A DNA stretch of 64,000 bases from Trueperaceae bacterium. Lineage in GTDB: Bacteria > Deinococcota > Deinococci > Deinococcales > Trueperaceae. Location of the stretch: NCBI GenBank assembly GCA_965215565.1, contig CBDCDZ010000004.1, forward strand, positions 1,792,001 through 1,856,000, in the 5' to 3' direction. This document shows positions 1 through 9,250 of the stretch, piece after piece. The first letter of the stretch is position 1; the number at the start of each line of letters is the position of its first letter. The translations under genes and the position numbers were made by a program. The notes below the pieces were generated by a model. That model was not told where the DNA came from and searched no databases. It saw nothing but the letters and a program-made list of their open reading frames with translations.

Positions 1-945
1 ATCGTCGTCGGTTCGTTGTACGCTGGTGACCCTCCGGTCAACTTAGGTTTGCCCTTCAAAGCCCCCGGCTCCGAGCCCAAGTCTTACCCTCTCTCCGAAG
101 CCGCGCGGCTCTCGCAAGTGCCCGCGCTCGTCGGGGTGGAACGCGGCGCAGTTGGAGTGAACGCCGTGCCAATTAACTACGCGCTGCCGCTCGCGGTGAT
201 TGCTGCACTTCTGGCACTGGCGTATGTGCCTAAAGTCAGTAAGAGGTTGAGCGGATGGGGAGCCAGAGCAGGCGCAGCCGCCCTTACAGGAGGCGTCGTC
301 TACGGCGTCGCCGCGCTCGCTGGGCTCACTTCTGTAGAAACCGACATTCCCCCAACCAAGCTCAATACCTCGTTCGTCCTCGCCGTCCTCTCCGCTGTGT
401 TTATGTACGTCCTCATGTGGCGCACCAAATGGGGCTACGAACTCCGCGCGGTGGGCTTAGCGCCCAAAGCGGCGGAGTATGGGGGGGCGAGTATTTCGCG
501 CAACATCATTCTGGCGATGGGCATCAGCGGCGCGTTCGCGGGGCTGACGGCGTGCCACTACGTGTTGGGGGGAGCCCTGGAGGACTACTCCCTGCGTCAA
601 TCGCTGCCCACCAACGACGGCTTCGACGGTATCGCGGTCGCGCTTTTAGGCGGCAACACACCGCTCGGCGTTGTCTTGTCCGCTTTCTTATTCGGCGTTC
701 TAAAAAACGGCGGTTCGATTCTGAACATCACCTTCAGTGACCTTACACGAGATGTCGTCAACATGATTCTCGCTTTAGTCGTTCTCTTCATTGCCGCCAA
801 AGGTTTCCTCCCAGACCGCCTCACCAACCCCGTGCGCCGCCAAGCCGAAACCGAACAGGGCATAGACCCCGAGGAGAGCCAACCGCTTGACCCGCCTGGC
901 AAACCTGTTCGAAGCGCAAGTGATACAGCGGAGAGTCAAGCATGA
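1..945 (+). CDS. ABC transporter permease (nucleoside/simple-sugar type), 5'-truncated by window edge
   Basis: Hydrophobic ORF with GYELRAVG..P.AA.YGG and GFDGIAVALLG motifs; overlaps next permease (ATGA). Confidence 0.85.
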   Translation: MVVGSLYAGDPPVNLGLPFKAPGSEPKSYPLSEAARLSQVPALVGVERGAVGVNAVPINYALPLAVIAALLALAYVPKVSKRLSGWGARAGAAALTGGVVYGVAALAGLTSVETDIPPTKLNTSFVLAVLSAVFMYVLMWRTKWGYELRAVGLAPKAAEYGGASISRNIILAMGISGAFAGLTACHYVLGGALEDYSLRQSLPTNDGFDGIAVALLGGNTPLGVVLSAFLFGVLKNGGSILNITFSDLTRDVVNMILALVVLFIAAKGFLPDRLTNPVRRQAETEQGIDPEESQPLDPPGKPVRSASDTAESQA

Positions 946-1874
946 TTGAGACCGCGCTGCTCCTCACCCTTATCGGCTCGACTTTACGCGCCACCACGCC
1001 GCTGCTCTTTGCCGCGCTGGGCGGGCTCTTCAGCGAACGCGCGGGCGTTGTCAATATCGCTTTAGAAGGCATCATCCTCTTCGGCGCGTTCGCCGCCGCT
1101 GTAACAACGCAGCTCATCGAAGCGCCCTATCTCGCGGAAAACCCCCGCGCCTACGTCCCCTTCGCCCCCTGGCTCGGCGTCCTCGCGGCGATGATTGTCG
1201 GCGGCTTCGTCGGCTGGATTCACGCGGTCATCTCGATTCGCTATAAGGCGGACCAGATCATCTCCGGGACCGCCATTAACCTTATGGCAATAGGGCTGCC
1301 CTCCGTGCTCCTCGTCGCGCTCTACGGCAACAACGCCACGAGCGAGCCCATACGCAACCGCCTACCCGAAATCGGCAGCGGCGCGTTTCAGTTTAGCCCC
1401 TTGGTCTACCTCGCCTTCGCGCTCGTCCCCGTCGTCTACTACGTCGTCTTCCGCACGCCCTTCGGCTTGCGCCTGCGCTCGGTTGGCGAGCATCCCGAAG
1501 CGGCGGACAGCGTCGGCATCGGCGTAAGGCGGATGCGCTACTACGGCGTCGTCCTCTCGGGCGTATTGGCAGGGCTCGGCGGCGCGTACCTTAGTATCGG
1601 CAACCTCAACCAGTTCATCGCGGAGATGTCCGGTGGACGCGGCTTCATCGCGTTAGCGGCGCTCATCTTCGGCAAGTGGCACCCCCTAGGCGTCCTCGGC
1701 GCGACGTTGCTGTTTGGCGCGTTCGAGGCGGCGGCGACGCTTTTGGGCGGCGGTCAACTGATGCCTTCCTCCGTGGTGCAGAGCATCCCCTTTATTCTGA
1801 CGATGCTCGTGCTGGCGGGCTTTATCGGGCGGGCAGTGCCGCCTAAGGCGATTGGGAAGCCGTATGAGAAGTGA
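942..1874 (+). CDS. ABC transporter permease (nucleoside/simple-sugar type)
   Basis: TPLLFAALGGLFSERAGVVNIALEG, GLRLRSVGEHP, GRGFIALAALIFGKW motifs. Confidence 0.9.
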   Translation: MIETALLLTLIGSTLRATTPLLFAALGGLFSERAGVVNIALEGIILFGAFAAAVTTQLIEAPYLAENPRAYVPFAPWLGVLAAMIVGGFVGWIHAVISIRYKADQIISGTAINLMAIGLPSVLLVALYGNNATSEPIRNRLPEIGSGAFQFSPLVYLAFALVPVVYYVVFRTPFGLRLRSVGEHPEAADSVGIGVRRMRYYGVVLSGVLAGLGGAYLSIGNLNQFIAEMSGGRGFIALAALIFGKWHPLGVLGATLLFGAFEAAATLLGGGQLMPSSVVQSIPFILTMLVLAGFIGRAVPPKAIGKPYEK

Positions 1875-1925
1875 GGTTTGTAGTTTGAAGTTCGTAGTTT
1901 TTTTAGGCATCAAAAGAGGTTCAGT

Positions 1926-2315
1926 ATGGATGAAATACTGAGATACATTTCTCTACTTACTCTCGTTGGCACAGCTATTTCTTTTGTTATCGGTTTGTTT
2001 CAATGGATAGATCAGAGGAACCGTGAGCAAAAGCAGAAAGAGTACGAAGCGTTTCATAGAATGGTTTGCCTCGCTTCTGGCGTTGGTGAGTCAGGCGAAA
2101 GTATAAGAATGGTGCAGCAGATAGCAGCCATCTATCAACTTCAAGCATATAAGCAGTATGCTTTTGCTTCTGTTCCAGTTTTGGAGCTAATGCAATTCGA
2201 ATGGGAGCAAATTCACGACAAAGATGTACGATCTGATCATATGGACAAGGCAGTAAGCGAGACAATTTCGGTATTGTCAGAACACTCGAGCAAGAACCCT
2301 CTTCCCCGTACATGA
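1926..2315 (+). CDS. Hypothetical protein with N-terminal TM helix
   Basis: 129 aa ORF, RBS AGAGG, visibly lower GC than flanks. Confidence 0.65.
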   Translation: MDEILRYISLLTLVGTAISFVIGLFQWIDQRNREQKQKEYEAFHRMVCLASGVGESGESIRMVQQIAAIYQLQAYKQYAFASVPVLELMQFEWEQIHDKDVRSDHMDKAVSETISVLSEHSSKNPLPRT

Positions 2316-2325
2316 AAGGGAACCC

Positions 2326-2493
2326 GTGAGCGAAAATAAAACCTCTATTTCAAAGGCGACTTCTTACGAAGAAGCTGGGGAATATTGGGACGAGCACGAC
2401 CTCAGTGAAGTTTGGGAGCAGACACAAGAGGTCGAATTTGAGGTTGATATTCAAAGCTCTACTACTCACCCAGGGCTGTCGAGTAAGCGCTAA
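2326..2493 (+). pseudogene. Truncated CopG/BrnA-type antitoxin fragment
   Basis: Hand translation MSENKTSISKATSYEEAGEYWDEHDLSEVWEQTQEVEFEVDIQSSTTHPGLSSKR*; E.GEYWD.HDL motif present, C-terminal DNA-binding half absent, no partner toxin. Confidence 0.55.
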
Positions 2494-2505
2494 GTAAACC
2501 TCTAT

Positions 2506-2929
2506 ATGCTCGTCCTCGAGTCAAACACTTACCTCAAAGACCCGCCAGATATATCCCTAGAAGCGTGGTGGCAGGTACTCGTCAACATTGAGGCAGACTT
2601 TACCGCTTATGTTGACGGCGATGTTCTCGTTCAAGACTCTCACTGGTGCGCTGTTGAATGTGCGCAGCAACTGAAAAGCTGGCTGAAAGACTCGAGCCAA
2701 GCCTTCTCCTACACCTCAATGGACACCGGACGAGACCTTGCTTTGGTTCAAACCCGTTGCAGATGGAACATGGCGCGTTGGGTCAGCTTGGCAGACGAAA
2801 AGTTTTGATGTTCCGCTCAGGCTCGAGCAAATTGAGCTTGCTTGTCAAACCTACATCGAGTCGGTTGAAAAAGCAGTCGCGGATACTTTTGGTATTGACC
2901 TTACAGATTTTCCCGAATATACGACCTAA
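2506..2929 (+). pseudogene. Hypothetical protein split by a frameshift near 2720-2740
   Basis: ORF 2506..2808 reads protein-like to ...YTSMDT; ORF 2738..2929 continues (LWFKPVADGTWRVGSAWQ...) in another frame. Confidence 0.55.
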
Positions 2930-3033
2930 CTATAGAGAACCTTCGACCTCTTCCTCTTCCGCGTCTGGCAGCCCATTCACCAAATCAGTGAGCTTGACAT
3001 GAATCCTCGAGCCGATAAACGCGCAAAATAGGC

Positions 3034-3957
3034 TCAGCCAAATAGAGGCTTTGACTGAGGCGACCATATCTTCTGTTCTTGCCCTGAACGTAACCAATCG
3101 ATTGCCGTCTCGAGGTCATCCGTCCACACATCATTGGGTTCTGGTGACACGGGTTGAAAGTAGTTCACACGCTCAGGATATTTTGGATGAGGCAGTAACC
3201 ACCTTCCAAGCGTGAAGTGAAAGCGTGTCCAATCCTCTGTGGCGGGATATAAACACACCGCGAGAATGTCGAATTCGCCATACTCGTAAAGCCTAAACGG
3301 TATCTTCGTGCGCGTCTTTTGAGGCTCAACGATGTAGTAACCGGGCTCGAATTTATAGCCGCCCGTTTTACTACCGTCCGTTACGATAGGCCTCTCTTCA
3401 ACCTCGCTCCGCCTTTGCAACTTAGCTTGAATTTTTACCTCGCCCTGAGCATCTTTGATGAGGTAGTCGTACGGATAGTCGCCGATAGGTGTAACGTCTT
3501 CCCAGCCGTCCAAAAGTTCAATAACGTTCGTTCCTAGCGACGCTTCTGCGACGATGCCTTTCAAATTTCGCTTAGTGATGTCGGACGAACGGATAATGGC
3601 CTCCATCAACGTTTCTGCGTCTGTGTGCCACTCACTTTCTAAGGGGTGGGGAACGACTTCGCTCCGTAGCTTGTTGTGTAGCAAGCGCTTTTCCACTTCT
3701 GAAAGGTTTGAGACCATGTCGTAGATTGTTTCGAGGTCACTCATCTTTTTAGGTCTTCCTGGTGGCAAGGGTTCGTATGATTCAATGTCTTCACGACTTA
3801 CTAGGGTGTTGCCGCCTATCTCGAGCGTTCTGATACGCCCGTTTTTCACCAGCTTATTGATAGCTTGCCTAGACACGCCCCTGATACGTGCTGCCTCCGC
3901 TTGTGATACCCAGTTGGCAAAGTCAACGCGCTGCTTAAAATGGGTTGACATTGTCAA
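3034..3957 (-). CDS. Excisionase-like HTH fused to putative PD-(D/E)XK restriction endonuclease
   Basis: N-term WVSQAEAARIRGVSRQAINKLVKNGRI (HTH_17-like); nuclease-like E..YDYLI..KIQAK and FDILAVCL; divergent from a DNA methyltransferase. Confidence 0.7.
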   Translation of the reverse strand: MTMSTHFKQRVDFANWVSQAEAARIRGVSRQAINKLVKNGRIRTLEIGGNTLVSREDIESYEPLPPGRPKKMSDLETIYDMVSNLSEVEKRLLHNKLRSEVVPHPLESEWHTDAETLMEAIIRSSDITKRNLKGIVAEASLGTNVIELLDGWEDVTPIGDYPYDYLIKDAQGEVKIQAKLQRRSEVEERPIVTDGSKTGGYKFEPGYYIVEPQKTRTKIPFRLYEYGEFDILAVCLYPATEDWTRFHFTLGRWLLPHPKYPERVNYFQPVSPEPNDVWTDDLETAIDWLRSGQEQKIWSPQSKPLFG

Positions 3958-3974
3958 CCCATTTATAATATGAT
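3938..3974. promoter_or_regulatory. Perfect 13-bp-arm palindromic operator overlapping putative MTase promoter
   Basis: AAATGGGTTGACA-T-TGTCAACCCATTT (3938-3964); TTGACA(3945)-18 bp-TATGAT(3969). Confidence 0.7.
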
Positions 3975-4038
3975 TGACCTGGTATAGTTCTGTCAGCTAG
4001 CGCCATGTGAATAACTATAGCGTATTGAAGGGGTTCCT

Positions 4039-5034
4039 TTGAGCACTACCGCTGAGCAGCCGAAAATTCTTTTTAACAAAGAGATAAATCCTAAGAGGCT
4101 TCTGCCTGACCTCGATCCTCTATATCAAACCAACTACGGTAGCGCTTATGTCCGAGATTCGTTAGAGCTTTTGAAGCAACTGCCTGAGAATTCAGTTAAT
4201 GCTATCGTCACATCGCCGCCCTACGCACTACACTTTCAAAAAGAGTATAAAAAAGCTGAGGACAAGCACAATTGGACGAAAGATGCATACATAGACTGGT
4301 TTCTTCCCTTTGCGCGTGAGATTCACCGCGTCCTGACTGATGACGGAAGTTTTGTCTTAAATATTGGTGGAAGCTACAATAAGGGTAGCCCAACACGTTC
4401 GCTCTACCACTTCAAACTATTGATCGCATTAGTAGAAGAAGTCGGCTTTCATCTGGCGCAGGAGTGCTTCTGGTTCAATCCAGCTAAGATGCCCGTTCCT
4501 GCTGAATGGGTAACGGTTCGCCGCATTCGCGTCCGCGACTCCGTTGAATACGTATGGTGGCTGGGTAAGACAGAATGGCCTAAGAGCAATAACCGAAATG
4601 TCTTACGTCCTTACAGTGAGGATATGAAGCGACTCAACAAAAAAGGGCTTACGCAGCAGAAGCGTTCAAGCGGATACGAAATTAAGCCTAGCTTTAGCAG
4701 AGTTTCCGCGGGTGGCTCAATCCCGCCTAATGTTTTGGAAGAGCCTAACGAAATAGCCTTTGACATGCTCAAATTTGGTAATAACGCTGCTAATGATTCT
4801 TATATTAAAGGGTGTAAAGGAAGCGGTATCAAACCACATCCTGCACGTTTTCCTACCGCGCTGCCAGATTTCTTTATCAAACTGGTAACAGATGAAGGAG
4901 ACCTTGTACTTGACCCGTTTGCTGGCTCGAATACGACGGGCGCTGTGGCGGAAGGCTTGCAAAGGTATTGGCTTGCGTCAGATAGGGTGACGGAATATCT
5001 CGAGGCGAGCAAGTTTCGTTTCCAAGATCGGTGA
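4039..5034 (+). CDS. Site-specific DNA methyltransferase, beta class (probably N4-cytosine)
   Basis: TSPPY catalytic motif N-terminal; HPARFP and [12 protein letters not shown]-binding motif C-terminal (M.PvuII-like order). Confidence 0.92.
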   Translation: MSTTAEQPKILFNKEINPKRLLPDLDPLYQTNYGSAYVRDSLELLKQLPENSVNAIVTSPPYALHFQKEYKKAEDKHNWTKDAYIDWFLPFAREIHRVLTDDGSFVLNIGGSYNKGSPTRSLYHFKLLIALVEEVGFHLAQECFWFNPAKMPVPAEWVTVRRIRVRDSVEYVWWLGKTEWPKSNNRNVLRPYSEDMKRLNKKGLTQQKRSSGYEIKPSFSRVSAGGSIPPNVLEEPNEIAFDMLKFGNNAANDSYIKGCKGSGIKPHPARFPTALPDFFIKLVTDEGDLVLDPFAGSNTTGAVAEGLQRYWLASDRVTEYLEASKFRFQDR

Positions 5035-5126
5035 GGTTTACCTGAATCCCCCTACCCACAAACATGATAGGGTCTTTCATAATTTAAGCAGAGGGGGCGC
5101 GTCCTCCCTCTTGGAGGATTCACAAC

Positions 5127-6668
5127 ATGGCATTCGAACGAGCATCCGGTATCTTGCTACACCCCACCTCTCTCCCCGGCGGGCACGGCGTCGGCGACTT
5201 GGGGCAGGGCGCATTTTCGTGGCTGGACTTTTTGGAGCGCTCAGGGCAGCGGCTCTGGCAGGTCTTACCGCTCGGTCCGACGGGTTTTGGCGACTCACCT
5301 TATCAGTGCTTCAGCGCTTTTGCTGGCAACCCGTACCTCATCAGTTTGGACAAGCTGGTAGAGGAGGAACTCTTAGAGCGTGAGGCTTTAGAGAATAGCC
5401 CTGACTTCTCTGAAGATGAGGTGGAGTACGGTGAAGTCATCCCCTTTAAGCTGGGCGTGCTGAATCAGTCCTACGAAGTTTTCAAAGAACGCGCCACGGA
5501 GCAGCAGAAAGAGTCGTTCAACACGTTTTGTGACCAGCAGGCGTATTGGCTCGAGGACTACGCTTTATTCATGTCCTGCAAAGAAGCCAACGAAGGACGC
5601 GCCTGGAATGAGTGGGACGAGGGCCTGCGCAAGCGTAAAAAACGCGCTCTGAACGCACACAAGAAGGAACACGCCGAGACCATCCAGCGCTGGCGCTACT
5701 GGCAGTGGCTTTTCTACACGCAGTGGTTGGAGGTCAAACGCTACGCCAACGAGCGCGACATCAAAGTCATCGGCGACATCCCCATCTTCATCGCCTACGA
5801 CTCCGCCGACGCTTGGGCGAACCCCAACCTCTTCTACTTCGACAAGGAGGGCAACCCGACCGTCGTGGCAGGAGTCCCGCCCGACTACTTCAGCGAGACG
5901 GGGCAGCGCTGGGGCAACCCGCTCTACCGCTGGGACAAGATGGCGAAAGACGGTTACGCCTGGTGGATTTCACGTTTTCAGTCTACTTTAGACTTCTTCG
6001 ACCTCATCCGCGTGGACCACTTTCGCGGTTTCGAAGCGTACTGGGAGATTCCCGCTGACGAGCCGACTGCGATTAAAGGGCGTTGGGTGGAGGGACCGGG
6101 ACAAAAGTTCTTTGACGCGCTAAGGGGGGCGTTAGGCGAGCTTCCCATCATCGCGGAAGACCTGGGCATCATCACACCTCCAGTCGAGGCGCTGCGCGAC
6201 GATAACGAGCTTCCCGGCATGAAAGTCTTGCAGTTCGCCTTTGCGGACGGCGGCGACGATATGTACTTGCCGCACAACTACACGCCCAACTTTGTGGTCT
6301 ACACAGGCACACACGACAACGACACGACGCTCGGCTGGTACAACCATGCACCTGAAAAAGAGCAGGACTTCGTGCGGCGCTACTTGGCGCGGGACGAACA
6401 GAACATCGTCTGGGACTTGATTCGCTTGGCGTTTGCGTCAGTGGCGGACTTAGCGGTTGTGCCGCTTCAAGATGTGCTGCGCTTAGGGACAGAGGCGCGG
6501 ATGAATCTACCGGGGCGTGCCGGGGGGAACTGGAGTTGGCGCTACCGCCCGGAGCAGTTGGAGGATTGGCTCGAGCCCGCGTTCAAAGATATGGCAGAGA
6601 GCTACGCGCGGGTGAGCGCGAAAGAGCCGGAGGACACACCGTATCGGCAATCGAAGGTGGAGAGATGA
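5127..6668 (+). CDS. malQ: 4-alpha-glucanotransferase (amylomaltase, GH77)
   Basis: GILLHPTSLP, WQVLPLGP, RVDHFRG, IIAEDLG, YTGTHDN. Confidence 0.97.
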   Translation: MAFERASGILLHPTSLPGGHGVGDLGQGAFSWLDFLERSGQRLWQVLPLGPTGFGDSPYQCFSAFAGNPYLISLDKLVEEELLEREALENSPDFSEDEVEYGEVIPFKLGVLNQSYEVFKERATEQQKESFNTFCDQQAYWLEDYALFMSCKEANEGRAWNEWDEGLRKRKKRALNAHKKEHAETIQRWRYWQWLFYTQWLEVKRYANERDIKVIGDIPIFIAYDSADAWANPNLFYFDKEGNPTVVAGVPPDYFSETGQRWGNPLYRWDKMAKDGYAWWISRFQSTLDFFDLIRVDHFRGFEAYWEIPADEPTAIKGRWVEGPGQKFFDALRGALGELPIIAEDLGIITPPVEALRDDNELPGMKVLQFAFADGGDDMYLPHNYTPNFVVYTGTHDNDTTLGWYNHAPEKEQDFVRRYLARDEQNIVWDLIRLAFASVADLAVVPLQDVLRLGTEARMNLPGRAGGNWSWRYRPEQLEDWLEPAFKDMAESYARVSAKEPEDTPYRQSKVER

Positions 6669-6691
6669 ACTATATCGAGTAAACTAAAGCT

Positions 6692-6931
6692 ATGAACTCA
6701 AATACCGACCTCTTAGAGCGCATCACCATCAATCCAGAAGTGCGAAGCGGTAAACCCTGCATCAAGGATACGCGGATTACTGTTTACGACGTGCTCGAGT
6801 ACCTCGCAGGCGGCATGAGTGAGGACGAAATCCTGGAGGATTTTCCGAGTTTGCAGCGTGAAGATATAAGAGCGGTTCTGACGTTTGCCGCGGTTCGTGA
6901 GCGCAGGCTGGCGGGCTCAGCGGCTGCGTGA
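6692..6931 (+). CDS. DUF433 antitoxin
   Basis: RITINPEVRSGKPCIKDTRITV...EILEDFPSL. Confidence 0.9.
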   Translation: MNSNTDLLERITINPEVRSGKPCIKDTRITVYDVLEYLAGGMSEDEILEDFPSLQREDIRAVLTFAAVRERRLAGSAAA

Positions 6932-7254
6932 AGCTCCTCTTCGATGAGAATTTGAGTCCGAAGCTGGTGAGGCTACTTGAAGATATCTTTCCAGGCAGCG
7001 CTCAAATCGAGCTTTTGGGAATGCGTGGAGAAACCGACCTTGCCATCTGGGAGTTCGCAAAACGTGAAGGTTTCACTATCGTCTCAAAGGACAATGATTT
7101 TCGTCAGCGCTCTTTCCTCTTAGGAGCGCCGCCCAAAGTCATCTGGTTGTCGGTAGGAAATTTGGGAACTTCTACTATTGCTGCTATTCTCGAGCAAAAC
7201 GCTTCGCGGATAGCAGCATTTTTAGAGCAGGACGAAGGGCTTTTGATTCTCTAG
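6928..7254 (+). CDS. DUF5615 PIN-like toxin
   Basis: MKLLFDENLS, D..IW.FA, IVSKDNDF; coupled to DUF433 gene. Confidence 0.88.
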   Translation: MKLLFDENLSPKLVRLLEDIFPGSAQIELLGMRGETDLAIWEFAKREGFTIVSKDNDFRQRSFLLGAPPKVIWLSVGNLGTSTIAAILEQNASRIAAFLEQDEGLLIL

Positions 7255-7266
7255 TGTTGAGCTGCT

Positions 7267-7369
7267 TACAACATCCTCAAGACCCTAGCAAGCGGCATAA
7301 GCAAAAATCGAAATCCTCGAGGATTTCCCAAGTCTCGAGCGTGAAGATATTTGGGCGGTGCTCGAGTTC
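7267..7369 (+). pseudogene. Remnant of a second DUF433 gene
   Basis: YNILKTLASGISK/(frameshift)/EILEDFPSLEREDIWAVLEF matches YDVLEYLAGGMSEDEILEDFPSLQREDIRAVLTF of 6692..6931. Confidence 0.75.
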
Positions 7370-7407
7370 CGATTGCTTTTGTATAACGTTTGCTTTACAA
7401 TTATCGT

Positions 7408-7674
7408 ATGTCAACGCAGAAAACAGAACAGGTCAACGTCCGTATGCGTCCTGAGGTCAAGGCAGCGGCTGAGGATGTCTTCGACACATTAGGATTAACC
7501 CCGACCCAAGCGATTACGCTCTTTTACCGACAGGTGGGGTTACAGCGGGGTCTGCCCTTCGAGCTTAAAGTGCCGAATGAGGAGACGTTGCAAGCGGTAG
7601 AAGATACAAGAGCGGGGCGAGACACGACGCGCTACGCTGATGTGTCGGAGATGCGTGAGAAGTTAGGGCTCTGA
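7408..7674 (+). CDS. dinJ: RelB/DinJ family antitoxin
   Basis: VNVRM...LGLTPTQAITLFYRQV...GLPFEL.VPN.ET; TACAAT 7 nt before ATG. Confidence 0.85.
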   Translation: MSTQKTEQVNVRMRPEVKAAAEDVFDTLGLTPTQAITLFYRQVGLQRGLPFELKVPNEETLQAVEDTRAGRDTTRYADVSEMREKLGL

Positions 7675-7675
7675 G

Positions 7676-7945
7676 TTGCGCAGTATCGTCACCGCGAAGC
7701 GGTTCGAGCGAGACTTAAAGAGGGCGAAAAAGCGCGGGAAAAACTTAGACAAGCTGTTCGGGCTCGTAGACAAACTTTGCGCAGATAAAGTGATTGAGGT
7801 GCGTCACCGCCCTCACGCCCTTACGGGTAACTGGCGACCTTTCTGGGAACTTCACATCGAACCTGACTGGCTTTTAGTCTACGAAGTGACCGGAGATGAA
7901 GTCTATCTCTACCGCACGGGAACCCACACAGACCTGTTTGAATGA
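7676..7945 (+). CDS. yafQ: YafQ family mRNA interferase toxin
   Basis: FERDLKR, HALTGNW, ELHIEPDWLLVY, RTGTHTDLF. Confidence 0.9.
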   Translation: MRSIVTAKRFERDLKRAKKRGKNLDKLFGLVDKLCADKVIEVRHRPHALTGNWRPFWELHIEPDWLLVYEVTGDEVYLYRTGTHTDLFE

Positions 7946-7991
7946 CCTTACAACGCTTCTTTCAAGCTTAAAATGTGTCAAACTCAGGGCT

Positions 7992-8960
7992 ATGAACGCC
8001 ATCCAGATCACCGAAAACGGCAACGCGGACGTGCTCCAACTCAGAGAGGTCGATACGCCTCAACCCGGTAAGGGCGAAGTCCTCATCAAAGTCGAAGCGG
8101 CAGGCTTAAACTTCATCGACATCTACCGCCGCGAAGGGCTCTACCCGGTCTCGCTGCCGCACATCCCCGGTAGCGAGGCGGCGGGCGTGGTGGAAGCGGT
8201 GGGCGAAGAGGTCACGGAAGTTCAAGTGGGAGACCGCGTCGCGAGCATCGGTTTTAGCGGCGCGTACGCCGAGTACGCTCTTGCGCCAGCTCAAACGCTC
8301 GTCAACGTACCAAAAGGCGTCAGCGGTGAGCAAGCGGGGGCGGTCATGCTCCAGGGAATGACGGCGCACTACCTCTCGCATACGACGTATCCACTTCAAG
8401 AGGACGACACCTGCTTGATTCACGCGGCGTCGGGTGGGACGGGTTTGCTGCTCGTGCAAATGGCGAAAAAGCGTGGAGCGCGGATCATTGGCACGGTCTC
8501 CACGGAAGAGAAGGAGCGCTTAGCGAGAGAGGCGGGCGCAGATGAAATCATACGCTACACCGAGCAAGATTTTGAGGAAGAGGTGGAGCGGCTTACAGAA
8601 GGCGAAGGCGTGCAAGTCGTCTACGATTCGGTTGGGAAGACGACGTTCGCCAAAGGTCTGGACTGCCTCGCCATGCGCGGGATGATGGTGCTCTTCGGGC
8701 AGTCGAGCGGGACGGTGGAGCCGTTTGAATTGCAGACGCTCAACGCGAAAGGGTCACTCTTTATAACGCGCCCCTCATTATTTCATTACGTTGCGAAACG
8801 CGACGAGCTTGTCGAGCGGGCGAAGGATGTGCTCGGATGGGTGGCGGCGGGTGAGCTTAGTGTGCGGATTGATTCGAAGTTGCCTCTTGCTGAAGCGGGT
8901 GAGGCGCATCGGCGGTTGGAGGGGCGTAAGACAGCCGGGAAGGTGCTGCTCGAGCCATGA
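7992..8960 (+). CDS. qor: NADPH:quinone oxidoreductase (zeta-crystallin/MDR family)
   Basis: GLNFID, LIHAASGGTG, YDSVGKTTF, GSLFITRP. Confidence 0.9.
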   Translation: MNAIQITENGNADVLQLREVDTPQPGKGEVLIKVEAAGLNFIDIYRREGLYPVSLPHIPGSEAAGVVEAVGEEVTEVQVGDRVASIGFSGAYAEYALAPAQTLVNVPKGVSGEQAGAVMLQGMTAHYLSHTTYPLQEDDTCLIHAASGGTGLLLVQMAKKRGARIIGTVSTEEKERLAREAGADEIIRYTEQDFEEEVERLTEGEGVQVVYDSVGKTTFAKGLDCLAMRGMMVLFGQSSGTVEPFELQTLNAKGSLFITRPSLFHYVAKRDELVERAKDVLGWVAAGELSVRIDSKLPLAEAGEAHRRLEGRKTAGKVLLEP

Positions 8961-8961
8961 C

Positions 8962-9115
8962 AGCAGGTCTAGCGGCTAGCGGGAACGCGCCACGCGTGAG
9001 GGCGGGACCACGCGACTTCATCTGGTCACAAACGCTCACAGTCTAAACAGTATCAGTAAGCATGTACATCGTAGGATGATACCTGCGTGACTCAAGCTCA
9101 GCGTTTTTGACAAGC
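8962..9115 (+). repeat. Dispersed palindromic repeat copy R1 (49-nt insert in left arm)
   Basis: AGCAGGT[8969-9017]TCATCTGGTCACAAACGCTCAC...GATGATACCTGCG plus tail similar to R8. Confidence 0.75.
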
Positions 9116-9140
9116 AAGGTTGTTTCGGCAGTCAATCTGC

Positions 9141-9237
9141 GTAGGGGCGGGTTTGAAACCCGCCCCTACATAGCGTCGCATACGTTTGTAGTTTAGATAA
9201 CGTTACCCCGTAGGGACGATTCATGAATCATCCCTAC
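9141..9237. repeat. Pair of GTAG-bounded REP-like palindromes
   Basis: GTAGGGGCGGGTTTGAAACCCGCCCCTAC and GTAGGGACGATTCATGAATCATCCCTAC between convergent genes. Confidence 0.8.
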
Positions 9238-9250
9238 TACACCCAACTCA

